Shown one piece after another: positions 30,953 to 48,059 of a stretch of DNA of 64,000 nt. Each line of letters begins with the position of its first letter. Position 1 is the first letter of the stretch. The notes beneath the pieces were generated by a model that was not told where the DNA came from, did not search any database, and worked only from the letters and a program-made list of their open reading frames with translations. The stretch lies in the NCBI RefSeq assembly GCF_009914755.1, contig NC_060931.1; one strand, written 5' to 3'. This stretch comes from the human T2T-CHM13v2.0 reference genome, Homo sapiens. A program made the position numbers and the translations under genes.

Positions 30953-31899
30953 GGAGCTTCAGGTCTTTATCCCTGGTTGTAGGGTGCTTGTGGGGTCTGT
31001 GACAATTCACCATACTATTAATTTTAAAAGGTCAACTAGAACTAGAAATGTGCATATTAGCATTCCCAATGGTCATAGCTGAGATTATTGTTTTGCCAGT
31101 CCAAAAAATATGAAAGGTAGCCTGACATAAGTATATATAGTGTAAGTCTATGCCGGGAAGAAGGCCATTTCTCATCTAGCTATTTAAGCCCAGTTAACTC
31201 TTGGATATTCATACCACAATGTTGTCTAAAGAATAATAAATTCTTATGGATAAAGTAATATAGCAGAAGACATCAGACCATGTTGATTTAGCTTTAGGAT
31301 GGGCTGTGATTTTATTATTATTAACTTGGATTTTTACCTTTTGAAAAATGATTTTTCATGGCTGTATTTGAAAGTTATTTGTGCTCCCCAGAAAGACACT
31401 GAGCTAGACAGCAACTGGGATGGGTGGTTCAACTTTGGCTTTGACTGTGAAGTTATGTTTCTCTCTACCCAATGATTGATTGACGTACTGTTGGTTTCCC
31501 TTCCAGACAGGGTAGTGAGGGCCCAAGAGAAGAGGAAAGAAGAAGGTAGGAGAGTGAGTTGGAGCCTTCTGTGCTTTATCCCCTCTCTCCTGGGATTTTC
31601 CAAGAATGAAGTGGGATCTGAGAGGCTCGGGGAATAAATTGCCTCATAAACCAGGCTTTCAGCTTCCTGTGATTCTGCGCGTCTTCCTTGCTTGCAATTT
31701 AATGCCTTTAGTAAAGCCTTGTTCAGATGTTTCAGATTTGGTTCAGCTGCACTATGAGTTATTAACAGAGAGTTTGTGTTTGCGCTTGCATTCAAGGAGG
31801 TCCTCCCATCCCCCATTTTCCATGCTTGGTGTGATCAGTGGTAATATTCAAGACATTCACAAGCAAAACAAGAATTTCAACATAAAAAAGAGTTGCCAA

Positions 31900-32196
<297 letters not shown>

Positions 32197-32944
32197 TTAT
32201 GATGCTCCCTGGCCTGACTTGCAGCCTTCCTTTTTAACAACCTTTTTTTTTTTTTTAATCTTATGGAACTCATGTCTAGAACCTAGCTATGACTGTCCAC
32301 TGCAGACCCAACAACCACACCAGGATAGTGTGATCAGTGGAATGAAGGCAACATGGATGTGCAATGTGTATGGACACACAATTAAAGGCAGCTTCCACAG
32401 CTGTGAGCCAAGTAACAGACTCCGCAAAGGCACTGTCACTCTTCCGAATAGCTAAGAAGAGGACCGATTCATGAGACAACAGTGGAAGATGTTTTCATTA
32501 TGATCAAAGGACAAGTTTGATCACTTCAGGGAGAGAAGTAGGTGGCCTGCTGTGACTGTTTGGAGGGAACTGAGAAGTACAAAGGCAGGAAGCTACCCAG
32601 TTAGGAAAAATCTCTGTACACTCATAGTCAGGAAGCCTATTAAGCAGAAGGCAGCTCCCAAGAGTCAGAGATGAGTGGCTCAGTTGGCTGTCCCCAAAGG
32701 GTGGCTCTCTGCACATTTCCAACTTTTAAGGTCCTGTTTATTTGGCATGGTTTACATCAAGAAAATCAGCAAGACTCATTCATATTTCAGCATGCCTATT
32801 TCTAGAGTAAGGAATATATTTTCAGTCCTCCTTTCCTCACTAAATATGTTGGAAGACAAATCCCATCCCAGACATTAGCTCAACTGCAGCAAAAAAAAAA
32901 AAAAAAAAAAAAAAACTTACTGAATTCTTATTGTACTCTGTTTT

Positions 32945-33571
<627 letters not shown>

Positions 33572-34617
33572 AGAATTCTTATTGTAAAACAGGATCATGG
33601 TCACTTGAAATGTCTGAGAAATGAAGAGCAAAAAGCAGACTTATCTTTAGGAAATTCTGCAAAGAACACAGGTTCATACTCAAGCTCTAAAGCAAATGAC
33701 ATAAACCCACCACATCATCTTAGAAAATGTTTGCAAGTATGCATTTCACTGACATATTTAGAACAAATTAGTCTCTTCTGCATTGTGTATCCAAATTGCA
33801 TCATATTGTTGCTTCATTAAAAATGTTCCAATTAGGGAAAGAAGGAAGTTACTGTAGGATAGCTCTCTGTACATATTAGTATGATGCTTTCAAATTAGAG
33901 ACCAAGTTGCGGGTTCCTGTTACCATGAGAACCACCGCATTTCTCCAGCTGTTACAATTATTAACTCAAAGAACATGCATCTTCTTAAACTCTGCCTGTT
34001 ATTTATCTACTGTTCTATGGGCTTGAGTGTGCCTAGAGTGAACTCTATTAATCACCAGTTGAAGAAAGTACAAAGACTGCAGGAGAGAGAGCAGTCGTGC
34101 CTTCCTTTCTGTCGGGAGAAGCAAACAATAGCAATTCATTTTCCCATTTTGTTCCATGTCTCTTGGAGAGTAGAGAAGAGGAAGGACTGAGAGTCTGGAG
34201 GATCCCAACATGGCATGCAGAGATAAGCAACACCAGTTGTTGGTGACATGCAGACCCTGTCTGCCCTGCAAGCTCAGGAAATACAGACTGGTGACCAGAA
34301 GTCTCTTTCCTCCTACTAGATGATTTGGCACTGGTCCCCAACTCCTTATCTAAACACAAAGACTAGGAGTAACAAACTACAATACGTATATCGCCTTGAT
34401 ACTGTAAAAGTCGTTACACTCATTAAGCTACTATGAAAGAGTTATGCTTCGAGAATCATTCACTCTTTTAATCTACTGTGAAGTATTTGGTATCTCCATT
34501 GCACAGACAAAGAGACTGAGGCTTAAAGAAATTCTGTAACTTGCTCAAGAAGTCAAGCCAGCAGGTGGAGAAACAGGATCTCAAAGTGGGATATATTGTT
34601 TTAAAATCTTATTATCT

Positions 34618-34935
34618 GGCTGGGTGCAGTGGCTCACACTTGTAATCCCAGCACTTTAGGAGGCCAGGGTGAGTGGATCGCTTGAGCTCAGGAGTTCGAG
34701 ACCAGCCTGGGCAACATGGCAAAACTCCGTCTCTACTAAAAGATACAAAAAATTAGCTGGGCATGGTGGCATGCACCTGTGGTTCCAGCTGCTCAGGAGG
34801 CTGAGATGGGAGGATCACCTGAGCCTGGGAAGTTGAGGCTGCAGTGAGTCTTGATGGCACCATTGTACTCCAGCATGGGCAATAGGAGTAAGACCCAGTT
34901 TCAAAATAAATAAATAAATAAACAAACAAAAAAGC
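34618..34935 (+). mobile_element. AluJb-like
   Basis: Dimer. Confidence 0.9.
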
Positions 34936-34969
34936 AAACAAATAGTCTCATTCTCCCCACATTAAAAAA

Positions 34970-35620
34970 AAACCCTGCATACGGATTTTTATAGCAGCTT
35001 TATTATAATTGCAAAACATGGAAGTATCCAAGATGTCCTTCAGTGAGTAAATGAATAAAGAGATGGTGCTATCTCCAGACACTGGAATGTTATTCAATGC
35101 TCACATGAAATGAGCTCTCAAGCTATGAAAAGACATGGAGGAAACTTAAACGCACATTGCTAACTGAAAAAAGACAATCTGAAGTGGTACACACTGTATT
35201 TCAACAAAGTGGCCTTCTGGAAAAGACAAAACCATGGAGACAGTAAAAAGATCAGTGGTTACCAGGAGTTGGGGTGAGGGGGAGAGAAGGATGAATAGGT
35301 AGGACACAGAGGATGTTTAAGGCAGTGAAAACGGTCGTGTGAGACTGTAATGGTGGATACATGTCATTACACATTAGTCCAAGCCCATAGAATAAGCAAC
35401 AACAAGAGTGAACCCTCATTAAACTGTGGACTTCGATTGATAATGATGTGTTAGTGTATGCTCATTGGCTATAACTGATGTACCACTCTGGTGCAGGAGG
35501 TTGACAAAGGGGGGTGCTGTGTGTCGGGGGGGCCAGGGGGACATACAGGAAATCTCTGTGCCCTCTATTCAGTTTTACTATGAACTTAAAACTGCTCCAA
35601 AAAATTATAAAGGCTTTGAA
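34970..35620 (+). mobile_element. L1MB-type 3' end
   Basis: AAAAGACATGGAGGAAACTTAAA, GATCAGTGGTTACCAGGAG, GAACTTAAAACTGCTC. Confidence 0.85.
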
Positions 35621-35646
35621 AACAATTCCCATGTTCTCTCTGTCTC

Positions 35647-35925
35647 TCTTTTTTTTGTGTGGACAGAGTCTCGCTCTGTCACCAGGATGGAGTGCAGTGG
35701 TGCGATCGGCTTACTGCAACCTCTGCCTCCCAGGTTCAAGCGATTCTCCCGCCTCAGCCTCCCGAGTAGCTGGGACTTCAGACACTCACCACCACACTCA
35801 GCTAATTTTTGTATTTTTAGTAGAGACGGGGTTTCACCATGTTGGCCAGGATGGTCTCGATCTCTTGACCTTGTGATCTGTCCGCCTCGGCCTCTCAAAG
35901 TGCTGGGAGTACAGGTGTGAGCCAA
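35647..35925 (-). mobile_element. AluSc-like
   Basis: GGCCAGGATGGTCTCGATCTCTTGACC. Confidence 0.9.
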
Positions 35926-36290
35926 ACCATGCTCTCTTTTTGTTACCACTTTGCAGAGAAACAAAGACAACTGCATTTAACAAGGTGGACACTGTGGTAA
36001 GACACAGTGATGGGAAAAAATGGAGCCGGAGAAATAAGTGTCAGAAATCAGTCGGGTTCTGCAGGAACCAGGATGCAGGCGCACAGGAACACAGCACCTC
36101 CTTGTCAAAGGCCCTAGCTTGGCTGACACCCCTTGCTCTCCATTTGGCTCTGGTCATTTATTTCTCAAGTCTTGCAACACATAACGTGCACTTCTCATAG
36201 TAGACTCATTTTCCTAAGTAATTGTTTATCTGTTTGTTTTAGAATTATCATTTTTGTTTATTTATTAAATAAGCATTTGAGTGTCTTCTA

Positions 36291-36734
<444 letters not shown>

Positions 36735-37106
36735 CTAAGTAAGCCATAAATTAGGTTGGAGATTGATAATTGGTATAGAAAAAAGAGAAAAGAGAGCAGG
36801 TTGAGGGGAGCATGTTATTGCCTGAGAGTTGAGAGATTCAGTGGAGGAGAATTCGCCCAAGATCACAGCACCAGAAAGTAGTGGAGCAGAAATAAAACTC
36901 AGATCTGCTGGAATCCAGAGTCCTGATTGGATCCTCCTTCTAGGCTGGTTGAAAGCTCGGCTCCACTTTGCCTATTAGGATTCCCCCATTTTTCTAAGGG
37001 AGAGGGTTCCTCACTGCCAGAAAGTTGCTGTCAGTCTGGGTTTCATATTTTTAACTCCTATCCCATCTCTCCAATATAACATGCCAGAGAGCTAGGGCCA
37101 GTCTGA

Positions 37107-37610
<504 letters not shown>

Positions 37611-37614
37611 AGTG

Positions 37615-38470
37615 ATTTTTAAATTAAACTCTAACAGACGTATAGACAACTGCACGTATCGTGTATGTAGAGCATGATGGGGTCTTACCAAGTGAACACA
37701 CCATGCTCCCAGATCAAAATAGAATCTTATCATCCTAGAGCCTCCTGTGATATTTTTCTCAGTCACTGCCACTGCCCTGATTGCTAATACACCATTTATC
37801 AGTTTTGCCTGCTTTTGAGCTTTGAATAAATGGAATCCTACATGGTGTCCTCTTTTCGGTTTTCTTGGTGTTTAGCATTATGCTTGTCAGATCCATCCAT
37901 CTGTGTGTAACTGTAGTTTATCCATTGTCTTCACTGCATACTATTCCCATGGATGCATAAACCCTAATGCACTTTTTTCTACTACTGTTGGCATCCATTT
38001 GGGTAGTTTCTAGTTAACTGTTATGAATCATGCCAATGCTTGCATTCTTCTATTTTTTTGGTTGTGTTTTTTTTTTTTTTTTTGGAGACAGGGTCTTGTT
38101 CTGTCAGCCAGACTGGAGTGGAGTGGGACCATCATAGCTCACTGCAGCCTTGATCTCCTGGACTCAAGGGATCCTTCCCCCTCCAGCCTCTTGAAGAGCT
38201 GGGACCACAGGCACTTGCCACCATGCCTGGCAAATTAAATTTTTTTTTTTTTTTTTTTTTAGATGGAGTCTTGCTATGATACCCAGGTTGGACTCAAACT
38301 CCTGGGCTCAAGTGATCCTCCCACCACAGCTTCCCAAAGCACTGGGATTACAGGCAGGAACCGCCATGTCCAGCCTCTTCTGTATGTTTTTATGTTTATA
38401 TTTCTTTTTAGTATAAATCTCAGAGTGGAATTGCTGGATCATGAAAGAGCTTATGTTCAGCGTTAGTAGA
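37615..38470 (-). mobile_element. Old L1M 3' region with an AluJ (38065-38374)
   Basis: AATGGAATCCTACA, GAGTGGAATTGCTGGATCAT. Confidence 0.65.
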
Positions 38471-39069
38471 TTTGTAGTAAAGTACTTTTGGGTTTTGCTC
38501 TATAGTTGTGTAACTGAGTATGCATTTGTAAGTGTTTTTCTAGGTATTTTTTGTAAATTAGTCTGTGCTTTTGTGTGTCACATGATATTAAAGGGAGGTT
38601 GTTTGTGCCTCAGTTTCAGCTGAAGCCCCAAAAAGCAGAGAACAAAACTATTAGTGGCTAGTGCTTTACATTCTAAGGTGAGTTTGTAGATTATTTGGAA
38701 GTGGTCTAGAATTTCAAAGATGGCAGAAAATGGGTTTTGTGCTCTTAGCCCAACATCCTCATGGGAGGCCTCACAAGTTCACAAGTACAAGTGGGAGCGT
38801 CCAAGACAGGGTTGGTGGCTTCACCATTTTCCCATCCCAAGGCTTCTAACATCACCATGCATCATAGCACATCTACCTGGACAAGACTTCAGCCTCCTAG
38901 TTCCGTGGGGAGTGGGTGGGGTGTTTAGGGAGAGGAGCTTCAGGGAGGTCAAGATAGCTCCTTATGGGTCTCTTGGAGTGCAGTTTCTCAAATGTCTGAG
39001 AGTAAAGATGGGAGGCCACTTGGGCTGCTGTTGCACCTGCTCTGAGAGCAAGGCAAAAGTGTAGGTTTC

Positions 39070-39437
39070 TGATGTGGTTTGGCCCTGTGTCCCCACCCAA
39101 ATCTCATCTCGAATTGTAATCTGCATGTGTCAGAGGAGGGGCTTGGTGGGAGGTGATTGAATTATGGGGGAAGACATCCCCCTTGCTGTTCCCATGATAG
39201 AGTTCTCATGAGATAAGTGTGTAGCTCTCTCCCCTTCTCTCTTTCTCGCTCTCCTGTTCCACCATGGTAAAGACGTGCTTGCTTCCCCTTCACCTTCTGC
39301 CATGATTGTAAATTTCCTAAGGTCTCCTAGTCTTGCTTCTGTACAGTCTGCAGAAGTGTGAGTAAATTAAACCTCTTTTCTTCATAAATTACCCAGTCTC
39401 AGGTAGTTCTTTATAGCACTGTGAGAATGGACGAATA
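39070..39437 (+). mobile_element. MSTA-like solo LTR
   Basis: TGATGTGGTTTGGCCCTGTGTCCCCACCC...; TSD GTTTC. Confidence 0.88.
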
Positions 39438-39469
39438 GTTTCCCTGGAGCATGTGTGGGCTCTGTGAGG

Positions 39470-40154
39470 CTGTTACCAGTGGAGGGTGTCCAGGTTCTTG
39501 GCATCTTGAACAAAGAATTGGACAAAACACACTAACAAAGCAAGGAAATAATGAAGCAACAGAAGCAGAGATTTATTGAAAACGAAAGTACACTCCACAG
39601 GGTGGGAATGGGTCCTTGCATAAGGGCTGAAGAGCCTGGTTGCAGAATTTTCTGGGGTTTAAATACCCTCTAGAGGTTTCCCATTGATTACTTGGTGGAA
39701 ATGAAGTAGTGGCTCCCAATCAGTCTGGTTTCAAAAAGCAACTAATCAGAGGCTGAAGGGAAGTTACAAACGTTGCACCCTATGCCAGCATGTGATTGGA
39801 AAGCAACCAATCAGAGGCTAAAGTGAAGTTAAAAAGTTACACTTCTATGCAAATGAAGACTTGCCCTGCAATCAGTCCGGTTGGTTGCTTTCCTCAATCA
39901 GAGGCTGAAGTGAAGTTACAAAGTTACGCTCCTATGCAAATTAGTTGCTTTCTGCAACCAATCAGAGATACTTTCAATGTTCCATCTGCCATGCAGAAAA
40001 GGTGGGCGGGGGGGTCGGGGGTGCAAAGGTAGTAGCCTCCAGTACTTTTTTACTTAGGTTTGGAAAGTTGGGGTTTTCCTTTCGATTTAGTTTTAGTAAG
40101 TCAATGTGAATCGGCCTTAAGTTCCCTGCCTGCAGACCCTATTCTCCTGCCTCA
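39470..40154 (-). mobile_element. MER51-family ERV1 solo LTR
   Basis: Minus strand starts TGAGGCAGGAGAATAGGGTCTG; repeated CCAATCAGAGGCT boxes; TSD AGGC/AGAC. Confidence 0.85.
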
Positions 40155-40620
40155 AGACACACAACCTCCTAAGAGAGAGAGAGGCCATTTCAGCAGAAAG
40201 AAGCTGGAGAAGACAGGAGTTGTAAACAGCCTAAAGAAGGGAGGTCCTGCCCAGTTAAGGGAGCAGGAGTTTGGTGGGTCACAAGAAGAAGCTTAGAAGC
40301 ATTTAAAAAATGATCCATGAGCAAGACGTAGCTGTACATTTCTGCTATGGGCAGAGGATACGGCAAGTAACACAGGAGCACTGACCAGTCCTGCCCCTTC
40401 TCTGTCCTGGTGTCTGGCACCTTTTCCCAAGCAGGAGGAGCTAAAGGCAGCCTACAAATGAAAGGAGGATAGCATTGCTTGGCAGGGACAGAGAATTATT
40501 CATCCACTGCCACCCCGTCCTAGCTTCTCCCATCTTTCCATCCTGAAGCAAGTACAGCTGGCAGCAAAAAGAGTTTAACTTTATATGCAGTTTGGAGTTT
40601 AATTTGACATTCTTCTGGCC

Positions 40621-40908
40621 TTTTTTTTTTTTTTTTTTGACAGTCTATCGCCCAGGCTGGAGTGCAGTGGCGCAATCTCGGCTCACTGCAAGCTCCGCCT
40701 CCCGGGTGCACGCCATTCTCCTGCCTCACCCTCCTGAGTAGCTGGGACTACAGGCGCCCGCCGCTACGCCTGGCTAATTTTTTGTATTTTTAGTAGAGAC
40801 GGGGTTTCACCATGTTAGCCAGGATGGTCTCGATCTCCTGACCTCGTGATCCGCCCGCCTCGGCCTCCCAGAGTGCTGGGATTACAGGCGTGAGCCACCG
40901 CGCCCAGC
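40621..40908 (-). mobile_element. AluY (young, CpG-rich)
   Basis: Near-consensus AluY with a small 3' deletion; TSD TCTTCTGGC. Confidence 0.95.
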
Positions 40909-41321
40909 CTCTTCTGGCATCTTAACTATAAGAATGAAATTACTCTCAGGACTAAAATTCAGCCACTGGATTTTTAGTTTCTAAGGGTGACCTGAGCCAT
41001 TTGGGAAACCCTAGCTCTACAAGCTGGGAAATGGAACACCACGACTGACTGGGCTGTTCTTGGGGATGGGGTTGGGGGTGTCCAGGCACAAGTGGCTGGA
41101 TGCACGGTAATGTTAGAGGCCTTGGGATGGGAAAATGGTCATTGTGTAGTCGCTAGGGATGCAGACAGGCCTCACCCGCAAGGCTGGGCGGAGTGGCTGC
41201 ATCACCCTGAGGTTCTCATTCTTCGCTTAGAAGGAGGTATCTACCCACACCATCCAGAGCATGGACACCATCACTGGTGGGGTCCTTGGTGCCCCAGGCC
41301 CCGCAGTTAGAAGTCTGACCA

Positions 41322-41912
<591 letters not shown>

Positions 41913-42441
41913 CTAATCCGAGTATTCTAGGACTCAGGAGAGAAAGTGAAAATGACCCAGGAGGTTCAGTTACACGCACCCAGGTGCTGACTCTACAGCA
42001 GGCAGACAAACTCAGCAAGCCCATTGCAGTTGTTACTTTTATGCACTAATTTGCTGGGCCACAGAATATCTGATTACACATTATTGTGGATGTGTCTCTG
42101 AGGGCGTTTCTGGAAGTGGTTAGCATTTGAATTCATGGACTGAGTAAAGCAGATGACCCCCACTCCCTAATGTGGGTGGGCATCATCCAATCCATTGAGG
42201 GCCAGAACAGAACAAAAGGCAGCAGAGGAAGAAGACAGTCACCTCTTGTTTCTGCCTCACCTCTTAAGTTGGAACGTCTCATCTCATCTTCTCCGGTTCT
42301 CAGACTGGCATTCACACCATCAACTCCCCCGGTTCTCAGAGGCCTCTGAACTCTTACTGAATGATGACATGGTCTTCTCTGGGTCTCCAACTTGAAGAGA
42401 GCAAATCGTAGGTCTTCTCAGCTTGTGTGAGCCAATTCTAC

Positions 42442-42533
42442 TACATATATATATATATACACACACATATATATATACACATATATATACACATATACAC
42501 ATATATATATACACATATATACACACACACACA
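42442..42533. repeat. (TA)n/(CA)n compound microsatellite
   Basis: Directly visible. Confidence 0.95.
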
Positions 42534-42899
42534 CAGATGCTTCTCAATGTATGATAGAGTTATGTCCCAACAAACCCACCATAAGGTGAAAGTATGGTAT
42601 GTCAAAAATGCATTTAATACACCTAACCTACTGAATCATAGCTTAGCCTGGCCTCCCTTAAATGTACTCAGAACACTCACATTTGCTTACAATTGGGCAA
42701 AATTACCTAATACAAAGTCTATTTCATAATAAAATGTTGAATGTTTCTTGTCATTTATTGAATACTTTACTGAACATGAAAATCAGAATGCTCGTATGGG
42801 TATTCAAAGTGTGGTTTCTATGGAATGCATATTGCTTTTGCATCATTGCAAAGTTGAAAAATTGTATGTTGAGCTACCATAAGTAAGGGATGCTGTGTG
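42534..42899 (+). mobile_element. MER47A TcMar-Tigger element
   Basis: CAGATGCTTCTC...AAAATGCATTTAATACACCTAACCTAC...TTGGGCAAAAT. Confidence 0.82.
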
Positions 42900-43221
42900 T
42901 GTGTGTCTGAGTGTGTGTTTGTGTGTGCATCCTATTTGTTCTGTTTCTCTGGAGAGCCCTGAGTAATATATCCACCATGCCTGAGTTCCTTGCAGAGGAG
43001 TTTCTTGAGTTGATTGTACCCAAGATAAACTTTCAAGTTTGATCCCTGAACTTGAGAAAAATGAGCTAGAATAGTAATTCCCAAGCTGTGGGTCACAGAC
43101 CACTGGAGTGCAAGGGTAGGACTGTGCTCAGGGTTAGAGCAAAATGTCTAAATAGCTCTATTCGTCTTGAGATGAAGCATTGACAGTAAACCAACCTAGC
43201 AAAATATCGTATTGTGGATGG

Positions 43222-43914
<693 letters not shown>

Positions 43915-45099
43915 GATGGTATCCAAGAAATGTGTAATAAGACCACATTCTTCAAATGCATTAATTTTTTATAACATTATGCCATTATGCAATTCGCAAT
44001 CACAAACATTATCATGTGCAACTCCAACACTTTCACTTTCTTATTTTGTTTTGTTTCTTTAAAGAGATGTCCTTAAACCAGATGAAAGGAAAAAGACATG
44101 CAGGATCACGATACTCTTGGTTAACACTAAAATGCCATTTAGCCAGCATGCAGGCTGCCAGATAAAACTACGAGGTACTAATAGGATGAATTGACAATTG
44201 TCATTTCATCAAACGTAGTGACAACATTATCTGCAGATCTTAGAAGAATCAGCTCAGAAAACTCCCTGGTTGGTACTGATCCTCTCAGATAGATTGAAAT
44301 CTTTCCAGGCTAGTCCTCAGAGCTCATCAATCAAGGGCAGTTGTCATGGTGAAGAGTTGAATAGATGGCTTCCGTTTAATTGTCCTCAGCCCTCTAGATA
44401 TTGAATGCACTTGGGAACAGCGGGCTGCGCTGGCCCCAGTCTCCCCAGCTAAAATAGTCATTCCTTTCTTACTCCATCTTCACCTGGAGGCATTTATTCA
44501 TTTGTTTATTTAATAAATACATACCAAATGCCTATTATGTGACAGGCACAGGATTCCTGCCAAAGATATCATTGTGAAAAGGTCAGGTGCAGACTTTGCC
44601 TCTACTCACTTCTGTGTGGCAGAAGACAGACCCACAGGCAATCAGTGGGGTGGTGAGTCTGTGCTGTGCATGCTCAGAGAAGGGTGCTGGAGCCCAGAAG
44701 TTACCATCGGGTGTCAACCAAGTGGCTGGGAGCTGGGAGTTGGGTCCTACATGGTCAATAGCTCAGATAAGGATCTCAGCTAAGTGAGGAAGTTCATGTC
44801 CAATTCCCTCCAAAGCACTGAAGCTAAAAGCTATCTTCTCTGAGTCTTCTAAGCAAACAAAGGGAGTAGAAGCCCATCTGCCAAGGAGAAGAAGCTGGTG
44901 ATGAGGAATCGAGTGGTAAAACGAGGAAAACAGAAGAGTGTTGGCGAGGAAGGAAGAAGGGTCCTGGGACTGTCCAGTGGGCAGTACCGTGGTTTCTGCA
45001 GCCCCCATTCATTTGATATCAAGGTTGTAATCAAAGCACAAGCTTGTCCTTGAGAAGCAGAGTTAGGGAGAAGACCACGCAAACAGTGATGTGTCTATC

Positions 45100-45640
45100 C
45101 ATCTACCTATTTGTGTATTTGTCCATTTAGCAAATGATTTCTGAGTTTCCATGTGCCTGTCTTGTGGAGGAGACACACGTTAAACCAAGAGTTACACAAA
45201 TGCTTATTTAGTCCTAAGTATGCATCATGCTCTACAAAGTCCATGATCAGAGTGTCACGGGAAGCTTTCCTGGGGCAGCGACACTCAGCTGAGACCTGGA
45301 AAGTGAGGAGGAAGGAACTAATGAGAAGAGGCAGATTGTGGAAAAGTTTCCCAGGCAAAGTGGGGAGCCTGGCTGAGGACTTCACAGAGAGCTGTATGTA
45401 CAATGGGCAAAAGAAGATGCCCATCACATCATGGAGGGCCACTGGGACTTTACACTAAGTACACCTGGATGATTTTGAATGCGTGGAAAGCTGTGGATGG
45501 GTCTTCATTTTTAAGTGATCACTCTGGCTGCTGTAGCAAGAAGGTGGTGGAAGAAGGCAAGACTGGAGGGGTGGAAGGTGATTAGGAAATAAATATGGCA
45601 GCCCAGGGAAGAGCCATTCACTGGTGGCTTAGCCCTGGGA
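45100..45640 (-). mobile_element. L2 LINE 3' fragment
   Basis: CATTTAGCAAATGATTTCTGAG...GGAAGCTTTCCTGG...GCTGAGACCTG...GATCACTCTGGCTGCTG. Confidence 0.65.
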
Positions 45641-45822
45641 GGGGGTGGGGGTAGTGCCAGTGGAAGTACAGAGTGAACGTCATTTTCATCCAGGGTCAGA
45701 GGTTGCAGTTCTTCCACCTCCATGGGCATGTGACAATAGGTACTTTCACTGCACATAACAATGTGTGTTTAGCAGATGAGAGACAGCCAGCTCCACCTGC
45801 AGTAGACACACTTGTTCATACT

Positions 45823-46143
45823 CTTTTTTCTTCTTTTCTTTTCTTTTTTTTTTTTTTTTTTGAGACAGAGTCTTGTTCTGTCGCCCAGGCTGGAGTGCAA
45901 TGGTGCTATCTTGGCTCACTGCAACCTCCACATCCCAGGTTCAAGCAATTCTCCCTGCCTCAGCCTCCTGAGCAGCTGGGATTACAGGTGCCTGCCACCA
46001 TACCCAGCTAATTTTTATATTTTTAGTAGAGACGGGGTTACACCATGTTGGCCAGGCTGGTCTCGAACTCCTGACCTCAGCTGATCCACCCCCTCGGCCT
46101 CCCAAAGTGTTGGGATTACAGGTGTGAGTCACTGTGCCTGGCC
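45823..46143 (-). mobile_element. AluS-like
   Basis: TSD CACTTG(T/C)TCATA. Confidence 0.92.
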
Positions 46144-46419
46144 CACTTGCTCATATTCAAACCACACAGAAGGCTACATGTCCCGTCAGGGAGCAGAGGG
46201 TTTCACGTTGTAGGCAGGGAGACTCTCTCAGTAGAGGACTTACCTGGAAAGTACCTTAAAACCAGGATGAGACTCCCTGGTAGCACCCAGAAGGAAACAG
46301 AACTGTCATTGGCTGGACACTTAGAGAACCAGTCCAGCGGTGGAGGTTGGGGAAGTTTCTGCAGCTACTGGGCTTTGCATCTGATTAATGTCTGCTTTCT
46401 AGATTGATAAGAAAGAGAA

Positions 46420-46725
46420 GGCCAGGCACCGTGGCTCATGCATATAATCCCAGCAGTCTGGAAGGCTGAGGTGGAAGGATCACTCATGCCTAGGGGTTTG
46501 AGACCAGCCTGGGAAACATGGCCAAACTCCATCTTTAAAAAAAAATACGAAAATTAGCCAGGCATGGTGGTGCATGCCTGTGGCCCCAGCTACTTGGGAG
46601 GCTGAGGTGGGAGGATCATTTCAGCCCGGGAGGTCAAGGCTGCAGTGAACTGTGACCACCCCACTGCACTCCAGCCTGGGTGACAGTGAGACCCTGTCTC
46701 AAAAGAAAAGAAAGAAAGGAAAAAC
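46420..46725 (+). mobile_element. AluJ-like
   Basis: Dimer. Confidence 0.9.
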
Positions 46726-47099
46726 AAAACAATGCAAAACAAGCTAAAAGGAAAGCTTTTGTCATTCCTGTCTCTGGAGGGTTGAGGATGTTCTGGCCTG
46801 TGATTAAACGGAAGTAGCTTCAGCTGTGAGAACAGGAGAACGTGGGAGGAGAGAGAAGAGACTAGCTGTTTTTGGTTTATCCTATGTCAGTTTTATTTTT
46901 CCCTCCATATTTTCAAAAGAAGGGACTTTAGAAAGCAAATATAAGTCTCTCCAATTTTATGTTTAAAGTGTCATTTCCCAACTGAACTGGCATTTGGATA
47001 CAAGGGTAATAACTGCTGATGAGCATTTCTCTGACCTTATTAGCCAGAACTGGACTCCTCTTCCTTTCCCTCCCAGGCTTGGTCCTGGGGCTTCCAAGA

Positions 47100-47826
<727 letters not shown>

Positions 47827-47912
47827 AGAAGGGAAGTCTCATGTCTGTGAAGAGAGAAGGTGGTGGGGGAGGAAGGCAAGTGTGGAGGGGTGGATAGTGG
47901 GCTCATGGTGCT

Positions 47913-47950
47913 TGCATACTTAGGACTAAATAAGCATTTGTGTAACTCTT
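47913..47950 (-). repeat. 38-bp perfect inverted copy of 45187-45224
   Basis: TGCATACTTAGGACTAAATAAGCATTTGTGTAACTCTT is the reverse complement of AAGAGTTACACAAATGCTTATTTAGTCCTAAGTATGCA. Confidence 0.95.
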
Positions 47951-48059
47951 TCTTTCTTGGGCATGTCCAATCTCTACATGTTTCCCCCTGTGTCATAGAT
48001 TTCATGTTTGTTCCTCCCCACTGCCAAATTCGTATATTGAAACTCTAATCCCCAATGGG

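Larger units (their letters stand above)
42025..42970 (+). mobile_element. MLT2 (C/D-like) ERVL LTR
   Basis: GGGCATCATCCAATCCATTGAGGGCC...CCTATTTGTTCTGTTTCTCTGGAGAGCCCTGAGTAATA. Confidence 0.8.

Noticed and set aside
31334-31816. 160-aa minus-strand ORF in unique DNA
   Set aside because: No recognisable domain or family, no evident exon structure, and the length is compatible with chance.
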